Positions 34,942 through 46,969 of a DNA stretch of 64,000 nucleotides are shown piece by piece. The notes beneath the pieces were generated by a model. The model did no database searches and was not told the DNA's origin. It saw only the letters and a program-made list of their open reading frames with translations. Positions within the stretch are counted from its first letter, which is position 1, and each line of letters opens with the position of its first letter. The stretch comes from Azolla caroliniana (Eukaryota > Plantae > Polypodiophyta), in the NCBI GenBank assembly GCA_043228905.1, contig JBHGNT010000003.1, forward strand, positions 124,001-188,000, written 5' to 3'. A program made the translations under genes and the position numbers.

Positions 34942-37900
34942 GTGAGTGAAAGAGAGAGAAAGGGAAATATTGTATTGTAGAGATTAAAAATGGATTACAA
35001 GGAGTAGACAATAGAGTGCTACAAAATGGCATTGAAACAATTTAGGTTTGGGATGACTGATAGATCCCTATTTATAAGTAATAGAGAACACTCTAGAATA
35101 TTCTAGGTCATCCTAGAATGTAGAGTAACCTAGAAGGTTTCTATTCTAGAAGGTTCTAGTGTATAGAACACTCTAGAATATTCTAGGTTATTCTAGAATG
35201 TAGAGTAATATAGAATATTCCTATGATATTAGATTATATATTCTAAAAACTATACATATGAGAATATTAATACAATGGTTAAGGATTTGACATGTGTACA
35301 ACAAGGTCGTGGGTTCAAATCTTTTCGAGGCATGATGTGAGTGTCATCATGACACTATCCCCCTTCCGACACGTTTAGCCAATCGACCAAGTAATATAGC
35401 TTGTTGCGCACGATTTTAGAATCGAGAATGGCAACAACCTCAAATTCGGGTGCATCCAAGAACTCAACAGGTGGTGGGGGTGTCGTAAGACGACTTGGAA
35501 TTGAACTTGCAGTATAAGGTTCCAAAAGGGATACATGAAACACCGGATGAAGACGCATGTGCGGAGGGAGCCCAAGACGAAATGCAACATCACTTATCTT
35601 ACCATGTAAGGGTCAAAACATTGGTAATCCAATTTACTACAAGGCCGAGTGGTCTTGATGTTGTGTTGGAGAAGCCATACATGATCCCCAACGCGGAACT
35701 TTTTTGAGGAGTCTAGGCGATGACGATCCGCAAGTCTCTTGTGTGTAACTTGAGCATCATGCAAATTGTGGAGAATGGTAGCATGAATTTCTTGGAGGCA
35801 ACTAAGACAATCCTTAGCAGCAGAGTTGGTAGGAACGTGTGGATGCGCATTCATCATCCACCGAGGATGACAACCCGTATTTGCTAAAAATGGGGAATAT
35901 CCTATAGAAGAATGGCCTGAGTTGTTGTAAGCGAATTCAGCCAAGTGCAAAAAATCAACCCAATCATCTTGTTGATAGTTGATGAAACAACGAAGATATT
36001 GCTCCAAAGTCTGGTTGGTACGCTCAGTTTGGCCATTAGTCTCGGGATGATAGCCCGAAGAAAGCTTAACCGAAATGTGGAAAAGTTTGAACATGTGCTT
36101 CCAAAACTTTGAATTGAATTGTGGACCACGATCACTAATAACATCATCCGGTAGACCACGATGCCTAAATACCTCCCGCATAACGAGATCGACCACCTCT
36201 TGACTAGTAAGACTTTGTACATGGCAAGAAGTGTGCCATTTTGGTAAGTCGATCCACCACGGTGAGAATTGCATCAAAACCTTTTGAAACTGGGAGATCA
36301 GTACTGAAATCCAAGGATATAGACTTCCAAGGAATATCCGGAATGGGAAGTGGTTGTAGTAAGCCATAGGATTGGTGTCGAGAACTCTTTGATCAACAAC
36401 ATATATCAAAACTGCAAACATACTCAACAAAATGACGAAGGCGGGGCCACCAATTCTTGAGTTTTGCGAAATCAAAATAACCAGCCATTGGTGACTCATG
36501 GAAATGTTGTAAAACTTGTGGTCATGGGGGACCATCAGGAACATACAATAGGTTTTGCCGAAACAGAAAACCACCATGACAATAGAACTGACGATAATCA
36601 TTACGAGAGTTTTTCAACTGTGAGCAAGAAGCACGATCCGGGACGATATGATCCAAAACATCCTTGGCGAATTCATCAGTGGCCATATGATCTCGAATGG
36701 AATCAAGAAGAGTGGAACCTTCAAGTGCTATTATGGCATTAACTACCATTAATCGTAGGCGATTAGGACCCAAAAGGATTTGTTTTTTATGCTCGAATGC
36801 AGGTTCCCTTGGACGAAGTTTCATATAGGAGTGCCAAGAAAGACCATCTTCTTTGCCTTGCTGCATCCCAGGGCGATATATGATGACAAAGTCGAAGTGA
36901 GTCAAAAATTGCGCCCACCGGGCTTGTCACCGACTCAAAACTCGAGCATTTTGAAAATATCTCAGGTTCTTATTATCGTTGTAAACAATGATCTGCTAAG
37001 AAGAACCTTCTAGAAAATGTCGCCATTGTTGAAAAGAATCCACAATTCCAAGAAGTTCTTTGTCATGGATCTCGTTGTTTACCTCTACAGCTTCAAACTT
37101 CCAGGAATAAAAGGAGACAGGTTGTAGTTGTCCATCATTTCCAGTTTGCGATAGGACACTCCTAGTGCAAAATCGGATGCATCGGCATCAAGGATGAAGC
37201 CTTTTGTTGGGTCGACATGTGCTAAGATAGGTGTCGTTGTAAACACTTGTTTTAAGCTTTCGAATGCCTCGGCTGCATCTGAACTCCATATAAATGGCTG
37301 ATTTTTGTGTGTGAGTTGAGTGAGCGGAAGCACGACCTTGGAATAATCTTTAATAAATTTTCGATAAAAATTTGCAAACCCGAGAAAACATTGCACATCG
37401 CACACTGAAAGGGGCGTTTGCCACTCTAAAATTGCTTGTACCTTCATGGGGTCCATAGCGATACCATCTGATGATACAACATACCCCAAAAATTCCACTT
37501 GTTTCTGGCCGAAACTACACTTTTCTAATTTTGCGTAGAGACCATATTCTCAAAGTCGACGCGGTACTTGACGAACATGTTCATCATGCTCTTCTTGGGT
37601 CTTCGAGTAGATTAGAATATCATCCAGGTAAACTATAGTGAAGATATCGAGAAAATCTCGAAAAAATATCATTCGTCATATGTTGGAAAACTCCAGGTGC
37701 ATTCGTGACACCGAATGGCATCACAGTATACTCAAAATGTCCATAGAGAGTGCGAAAAGTTGTCTTCCATTCATCCCCTAGGCGAATCCGAACTAGATTA
37801 TATGCACTGCAAAGGTCTAACTTTGTGAAATATTTTGCTCCACTGAGACGTTCCAAAAGATTCAGGATTAACGGTAGAGCATATCTATTCCGGATAGTCA

Positions 37901-40900
37901 CTTTGTTTAGCCCTCGATAATCCATGACCAACCAAAGAGTCCCATTCTTTTTCTTAACGAAGAAGATAGGTACGCCCGCAAGGGATCTAGAATGCTGAAT
38001 GAATCCGTTTGCCAGATTCTCATCAATATATTCCCGCAAAGTCTCTAGCTCTACATGGGAGAGATTATAAATTGGGCCCCATGGAGGTTCTTTCCTTGGT
38101 TGTAAGTCAATAGGGCAGTCATATGGCCGATGCTCCGGCAATGTATTGGCCTTTACCTTATCAAAGACATCTGACAACTCTTTGTATTTCTCTGGTAGTT
38201 TAATGTCCGCTTCATGTAAAGTGGATCATGGAGTTGCTACTATTGCGAAGACGAACATGGTCTCGTTTCCCCCTTCCTCACGCAACTGTCATAGAGAGAT
38301 GGTCGATAACTCAGGGGATCTAGTATCACATGTCGGAGAGAGGGATGCGGGGTTTGTGCTTTTTTCCCAGGTCTCCTCAATTGTTCTTTTCATCCAATCA
38401 ATCTTCGGGTTATGGATTCAAACCAAGGGAGACCTAGCACTATTGGGTGTTCCGGACTGCGAATAATGTTGAAAAAGATTATGCTTGCCAAATCGCAAGG
38501 AACTATCCGAATTGGCTCGGACTCCTCGACTATATCTCTTGATGCTATGGGACAGCCATCAATGACTCCTACGGCTACTAGGCTTGGGACTTATTCAAGA
38601 GGATGTTTTGTGACAAGGCATATTCACTATCCATGAAACAAGAGTTGGCTCCAGAATCTAGGAGGGTAGAGGCTAGGACTCGATGACATGTAGATGTGGT
38701 AAGCTCGACTTGTGCAGAAAAAACTCGACTCGCTTGATTTGATGAAATGGAACCACGACTAGGAACTAACTCTACGTAGCTAGGATGGTCCAACCAAAGG
38801 GCTCCTATTTTGGCCGGACTTACTCGTTTAACACATCCTCTAATTGGCTCAAGACATCGAATCTATTTTCATGGCATAGACTATGAGGCTTACTTATGTT
38901 ATTAGAAGTAGCAATGGAACTCCAAGTAGGGTTGTCATCGGCACTTACTTAGTATACTTGACGTCTAGGTTTATGTGGACAATTTACAGCTATATGTCCT
39001 AGACCGCCACAATACAGGCATAGTGTCATGGACATGACAACAGTCATGTCATGATTCGAACTCGTGAACTATTGTATTTAATCGATATGTTTTAACCAAT
39101 ACATACGACTCATAATCATGTTACCTTACTAGATTATTGTAGATTATCTATTCTACATGTAGGATTTTAGAAGCTTCTGGAAAGCTCCAGAAGCTAGAAC
39201 ATTCTAGAAGCTTGTGCATGAAAATGAGTTTTTGCATGGGCTACATTTAGAGCCCATAAACATGTATAAATACAGGGGTTCACCTTGGCCTTAGTCAAGG
39301 TGAACAAACTGTCATAGACAAGTAAACGAGGCTATATACTAAGAGAGTGAGAGAGAGATCATACAAAGTTGGTTTGCACCTTTGGTCAAAACATCATCGC
39401 CACTTCTCGATAATTTTCCTGATTTCCTACAAGAGTTTGAGGCGACATTTGGGGATACGGATCGACATCGAACAAGCCTTACCAAAATCTATTCATTACA
39501 TCAAGGTAAGTGTCCAGTGTCTGTTTATGCATCTAAATTTAGACAATTGGCATGTGATGTTCAGTGGGACGACCAACCCCTTTGCGACCATTTTCGTCGG
39601 GGCATTCGAAGTGATGTTAAGAATCTACTACTAAACTTCCCGGAGCCGACTTCATTATCGCAAGCCATCAAGCAAGCAGTCAGTTGTGACAACTGCCTTT
39701 TTGAACTTTGACAAGAGGATCGGGCGACTTCCAAGTTGTCGCCCTTTCTCCACGTTAAACCTATGGTACAACCCCAAGTGACTACGAGATCTTCTCCAAC
39801 GACATCGTTCAATGATCCTATGCCGATGGAAATTGATCGAGCTTGAGCCCCACTCACCAGAGCCGAACGACACCATCGACAAACCAATGGGCTATGTCTA
39901 TACTGCGGCGTCTCTACCCATCTAATTCGTTTTTGCCCACTCAAAAGAAATCTGCGACAAGTCTATCGGGACAATCCAACTAGTGGATCCCAACATTCGG
40001 AAAACAACAATGTCCAACTACATTAGGAGCCATGCGGTTGGACAACAGACATACATGTTGCTCCCAAAGTTCTACTAATGACTTTTCCTTCGAGGTAACT
40101 CTCTGTTTCCAGTCTATTTCAATTCAATCCTTAGCGCTACTCGATTCCGGGGCCACGACGTGTTTTATGGACGAAACGTTCGTTTGTAAACACAACTTTC
40201 CTATTGTTCAGTTGTCCAACCCTATCCCAGTTGAAGCTATCGATGGGCAAATGCTCTCCTCTAGCGCAGTCACCAAAGCCACGGTCCCCCTCATTTTGCA
40301 GCTCAGGACCCATTAGGAGGCCTTATCATTTTACCTCATCACGTCACCACGACATCCAATCATAATTGGTTTGTCTTGGTTGAAAGCAAATAACCCTATT
40401 ATAGATTGGCACAACCACACACTTACTTTTCAACCGCAAACTCACATGGAGGTTGGAGCGGCTTCCAATGTCACTATGTCAGAATGGCCCAAATCGTTTT
40501 CTATCGAGCACTACGCCATTCAACTTAGACCAATGCACTTGGCTGCTCATGCCCCAATCACAATGCACTCCATCTCAATGGGCAATGATGCAAAGTCAAG
40601 TACCCCAGCTTTGTTTCCTATGAAAGCCAATATGGACTCGGTTCCATCCAAATATGGTGACTTTGATGATGTGTTCGAGAAGAAGAATGCAGATCACTTA
40701 CCGGAGCATCGACCATATGATTGTCTGATCGATCTACAGGAGGGCACATCTCCACCCTTTGGGCCCATCAATGGTCTCTCAGAACCAGAACTAGAGGCTC
40801 TTCGCACATATCTTGATGAAAATTTGGAGAAGGGCTTCATCCAACCATCTAAGTCACCAACTAGGGGCCCCATCTTGTTTGTGAAGAAAAAGGATGGATC

Positions 40901-43114
40901 GTTGCATCTATGTGTGGACTACTGTGGCCTCAATAAAATCACAGTACATAATCGATACCCTATACCTCTCATCCTAGAGCTCCTCGATCACCTTCGTTGT
41001 GCACAGGTCTTCTCCAAGATTGACTTGCGGGGAGCATACAACTTGGTTCAGATTAAACCTGGTGATGAATGGAAGACGACATTTCGTACGCGATACGGAC
41101 ACTTCGAGTACAAGGTAGTGCCTTTTGCACTCACCAATGCTCCAGTTGTTTTTCAACATATGATGAACGACATATTTCGAGAATATCTCGATCACTTTGT
41201 CATTATCTACCTTGATGACATTCTTGTCTTCTCGTCAAGCATTGAAGATCATACTCACCACGTTCGATTGATTCTCTCGAAACTCAGGGAACATGGCCTC
41301 TATGCCAAGAGAGAAAAATATGAGTTTGATTGCAATTCCATAGAATTTCTTGGTTATGTTATCTCCCCCCCGAGCATCACCATGGATCAAAGGAAAATCA
41401 AGACAATTCAAGAATGGGCCACTCCAAAACGAGTAAAGGATGTCCAATCATTCCTTGGTTTCGTAAATTTCTATTGGCGATTTATCAAGGGGTTGTCCGT
41501 CATAGTCCAACCCTTGATTGAGCTTACTCTTAAAGGGATGTCGTTTCAATGGACTCCATCTACTCAACACGCCTTCGACCTACTCAAGGAAGTTTTTACC
41601 CGGGCTCCAGTCCTCCTTTACGTCGACCCTACTAAACCTTTTCAAGTTGAAACAAATGCCTCTGACTTTCCCATTGGTGCCATCTTATCCCAACCCGATG
41701 ATGATGGCATCCAACATCTGGTGGCGTACTACTCCCGAAAATTCACAGCTCCAGAAATCAACTATCCCATCTACGACAAGGAGCTCGCGGCTATAGTGGG
41801 AGCGTTCACGGAGTGGAGACCTTACTTGGTTGGGGCGCAACATCGGGTTCAGGTATTCACAAATCATAAAAATTTATTGTATTTCTCAACAACCCGTACT
41901 TTGAATTGGCAACAGGCCCGTTGGTCAACTTTCTTAACCGATTATGACTTTGAAATTGTCTTTCGACCAGGGGCACAAAACATGAAGGCTGATGCTCTTT
42001 CACGACAGTCGGATTTTGAGTTGAGCCCAAGGGATGATGCCTATGCTCAACAATCTCAATGTTTGCTTAAACCAGATCAACTCTAGCTCTTCGCCACATG
42101 CATGCTCCATGACGACTCTTTGTTGGAGGAGATAGCCAAGATCTTATTGATCCGTCTAAATCCAAGACCAAGGAAGACCTTGACCACTTCAGATTCGAGG
42201 GGGGATTGCTTTACCGAGACCAACTCTTATATGTTCCGGAGAACCGATGTTGAACTCAAGTTCTCCAAAAGTGTTATGATTACCCACTGGCTGGTCATTT
42301 TGGCGTTACAAAGACACTCGAATTAAGCTCATGAGGATATTGGTGGCCTCAACCATGGAAGTTCGTCAAGGAATTCATCAAGACATGTGATACTTGTGCT
42401 AGATCCAAAGTCGTCCACCATAGGCCATCTGGGTTGCTCCAACCACTTCCCATTCCCAACCGGCCTTGGGCATCAATTTCCATGGATTTCATCATTCATT
42501 GACTTGCCTCTTGTCCACGGATATGACACAGTGCTCGTCATGGTAGATCGGTTTACAAAGATGGCTCATTTTGCCCCTTGTGCAAAGACTATTTCAGCAG
42601 AAGCAACAACCGATCTATTTTTAAAGAATGTGGTGTGGCTTCATGGGGTCCCGGATGATGTCACCTCAGATCGCGGACCCCAATTTGTCTCTCATTTTTG
42701 GCGGCAGATCCTTCAAACATTGGGCACAACAGTGAATTTGTCTTCGTCCTATCATCCTCAAACCGATGGCCAAACGGAGCGGGTGAACCAAATTCTTGAG
42801 CAATACCTTCGATGCTCGCTTAGCTACCAGCAAGATGATTGGATTGACCTCCTACCCTTGGCAAAGTTCACATATAATAATACGCTACATGGTTCAACTG
42901 GGGTCACCCCATTTTTCGCCAACTATGGTTTCCATCCTCGCTTCAGTATTTCGATCGCTGGCAACTCTGTCAACCCGTCAGTGGAAGGAGGTGCTCGTAT
43001 TTTAGCCGACATTCATCAAGACCTCTCCCTCGAACTCATCCTTGCAAGGGACCGGTATAAAGCACAAGCTGGTCGACATCATTCTGCTACACCCGCCTTT
43101 GCAGTTGGTGATCG

Positions 43115-46100
43115 GTGTTTGATCTTAGACTCAGTTGTGGCCGAGCGGTGTTCATCGGAGCGTGTAGTTCCTGTCAACTGGTATCAGAGCGAAACGACAT
43201 AGAAAATGGACGATTCGTTGGGAGGCATGTTCAAGCTCACCGGCTCCAACTACTCGGTGTGGAAGTCGAAGATGAGGGACATGCTCGTTGTTAAAGACCT
43301 CTGGCTGCCGGTTCAGTTCGGGGACAAGAGACCGGACAAAATCGACGCCGCGATATGGGAGGTAATGCACATGAAGACAATGGCATACATACGGTACTTT
43401 ATCGACATGAGCCTCTACAACAACTTCAATGAAGAGAGCAAGGCTCATGAGCTCTGCGAGAGGATCGGCATTATGTTTCAGAACAAAAACATTGTTAACC
43501 AGGTTTCGGTGTTCCGGAAGCTAGTAAGACTCCGGTACCAAGATGGCTCTAGCATGGCGGAGCACATCAATGCCTTCCAGGGGCTGATAAACCAGGCAAC
43601 ATCATTGGAAGTACCTCTTGGAGAAGTGCACTGATTTTCTGGCCGGTAAACAAAACCGGACCTCCTTCCGAACAAAGCCACCGATGAGACGTAATGCACC
43701 ACTGGAGTTGGTGCATACTGATGTGTGTCAAGTGGACACAAAGTCACATGCCGGATCACAGTACTTCGTGACGTTCATAGATGACCATAGCCGGAAGCTG
43801 TGGGCCACACCGTTGAAGACGAAGGATCAGGTGTTATCCGTGTTCAAAGAGCTCCACGCAAGAGTGGAAAAAAAACCGGCTGGAAGCTGAAGGCGGTTCA
43901 AGCAGATAACAGAGGTGAATACCGGGGGCAGTTCGAGTACTGTCACTCGAAGGGAATCCGGCTCGACTTTACCGTGCCGAAGACGCCGGAACTAAACGGG
44001 TTGGCCGAGAGGATGAACCGGACCATAATGGAGAGGGTTCGGATTATGCTGGCGCATGCAAAACTACCCAAGAAGTTTTGGGTTGATGCACTGTCGACGG
44101 CGACATATGTGATAAACAAATCACCCTCAGTACCCATGGACGGAGACACACCACTGAGAGTATGGACCAGTAAGGAAGTATCCTACCGGCATCTGAATGT
44201 ATTCGGGTGTCTTGCGTATGTGCATGTAGCTAAGGACTGGAAAGGAAAACTAAATCCGAAGACCCGGCCATGCATATTCCTCAGTTATGGCGACGATGAG
44301 TTCGGCTATCGAGTGTGGGACCTGGTCGACAAGAAGGTATTCCGAAGTCGAGATATTATCTTCATGGAGGACAAGACGCTCGTTGATTGGGAGTCGGAGA
44401 AGAAGATAATGAACTCTGAGTCGACCGGTAAGGATCGATTCTACAATGACCAGACCCAACCGGCAAGAGACCGGTTAGCACTCGAGGAACCAGTCGTTTA
44501 CGGTGAGGATACCGAACCGGCAGAAAAAAAACTAGAGGAAGTTGAAACCGGAACCGGCCAAGACCCCAAATCGGATTCGGATGAAGAGCGAATGGAGGGC
44601 CCGGTTACCGAAGCCCAAAGACGGAGATACCCTCTCAAAGAGAGAAGGCCCCCCCGAAGATTTCCGGATGAAGAGCATGTGCTGCTAACCGATGAGGAGG
44701 AGCCAGTAAGCTTCGAAGAAGTGAAGGATGACACCCACAATCGCAAATGGTTAAGTGCTATGCAGGATGAGATGGATTCCCTACATGAGAACCATACGTA
44801 CGAATTGGTGGAGTTGCCGAAAGGAAAACAGGCACTCCGAAACAAGTGGGTGTACAAGTTGAAACCGGGAGATGCCAGCAACCACCCGAGATACAAAGCC
44901 AGGATCGTGGTGAAGGGGTTCCAGCAGAAGAAGGGCGTGGACTTCGACGAGATATTTGGCCCGGTAGTAAAGATGACCTCCATCCGGACGGTGCTAAGTA
45001 TAGCGGCAAGCATGGACCTCGAGGTAGAGCAGCTGGACGTGAAGACGACATTCCTTCACGACGACCTCGAAAAGGAGATCTACATGCAGCAACCGGAAGG
45101 ATTCATGGAGAAAGGGAAGGAGCAACTGCTTTGCCGGTTGAAGAAGAGCCTGTATGGACTGAAGCAGGCTCCCAGACAATGGTACCGAAAGTTCGACTCC
45201 TTCATGACCGATCAAGGGAACCAGAAGACGCAGGCCAATCACTGCGTGTTTGTGAAGAAGTTCGAAGGAGGCAACTTCCTAATACTCCTTCTGTACGTGG
45301 ACGACATGTTGATCGTCGGACGGGACCAAGCCAAAATACGGATGCTGAAGAAGGCCCTCAACCCGACCTTCTCAATGAAAAACTTGGGTCCGGCAAGACA
45401 GATGTTGGGGATGCATATCATCCGAAACTGGCCAATGAAGCAGTTGTGGATGTCATAGGAGAAATACGTGACAAAGGTGCTTCAACGGTTCAACATGTCA
45501 GATGCGAAACCGGTCGGATCGACACTTCCGGCAAACTGCAGACTATCTGGTAAGCAAAGCCCGAAGACGAAAGCAGATAAGGCGGATATGATGAAGGTTC
45601 CATATGCCTCTGCCGTTGGGAGCTTAATGTACGCAATGGTGTGTACCCGGCCAGATATAGGATACGCAGTCGGAGTGGTGAGCCGGTTTATGAGCAATCC
45701 CGACAAGGAGCACTGGAACGTGATCAAATGGATACTCCAGTAATTGAAGGGCACTTCAAATATGCATATTCGATTCGGCTCCGGTAAACCTCAACTTGAC
45801 GGTTTTATCGATTCGGACATGGCGGCTGATGTGGATACCAGCCGGTCTACATCCGGGTATGTAATGACATATGCAGGGGGAGTTGTTTCGTGGCAGTCGA
45901 GGCTGCAGAAGACGGTTGCGTTGTCAACCATGGAGGCGGAGTACATGGCGACTGTGGAAGCCGGCAAGGAAATATTATGGATGAAGGACTTCATCGGAGA
46001 GCTCGGTATCCGGCAAGATGAATACCGGCTCTATTGCGACAGTCAAAGTGCCATCCACCTTGCTAAGAATGTGGCCTACCATTCCCAGACGAAGTATATC

Positions 46101-46969
46101 CAGCGAAAGTATCACTAGATCCGGGAAAGAGTAGATGACCAGGAGTTCGCGCTGACGAAGATCCACACGGCCGAGAACAGGTCAGATATGCTGACCAAAG
46201 TACTGATACCCGACAAGCTGGATGCATGCCGGAAACGGATCGGACTAGTAAGACATCCCATGTCGGAGTAAAGGGGGAGTTTGTTAGGAAACAAGTCCCT
46301 CCGGATGGGAAATGAGAAGAACAGTATTGATGAGCACACTCGGCCGAGGCCGATAGGCTGAGGCCGAATCCGGATTTGGAGTACCCGGCTACGAAAGACC
46401 CGGTGAGAACCGGATGACAAGTACCCAACAACGGAAGACCCGGTGAGAACCGGATGAGGATTACCCGGCATGAGCCGGATGGTGAAGGCCCGATGACAAG
46501 TGCTCACCGGATGAAGGGACATATTTGTAAATATGTTTCTCTGAGAGTCCATCGGGGCTATATTTGTAAATAGCCGGAAAGTCATATTAGTATAAATATG
46601 ACTTAGGGCAAACAGAGAAGTGTAGTTGTTGTTGTCATTATTGTTGGCGCAAGATTAGAGCGCGTAACAGTGTACAGAGCGAGAGAGAAAGAGGAAGAGG
46701 TCGTTGCCTCTGTTGTAACCGCCACTTGTGGCGAAGATCATGAGCACGAGGTCGTAGCCTTCGTGAACTCACTATTGCAACCATTGTGATATAGTGATAG
46801 TTTGGAGTCTGTGGACTCCTGTGGTTTTTCCCTCTCAGGGTTTTCCACTTTAAACATCCTGTGTTCTCGTCTCTCCTTTGTGTCGTCTGTATTCATTCCC
46901 GTTTTCTGTGTTTGATCTTAGACTCGGTTGTGGCCGAGCGGTGTTCATCGAAGTGTGTAGTTCCTGTCA
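43115..46969 (+). mobile_element. Degenerate Copia C1 (5' LTR reduced to 43115-43176; internal gag/protease deletion at ~43618; 3' LTR 46282-46969)
   Basis: PBS-Met 43179-43190; gag joined directly to the integrase Zn finger; INT-RT-RH ORFs; PPT. Confidence 0.9.

Noticed and set aside
35266-35330. Functional tRNA genes in LTRs
   Set aside because: Only D-loop and T-loop-like motifs; no acceptor stem or anticodon arm, so reported as promoter-like modules
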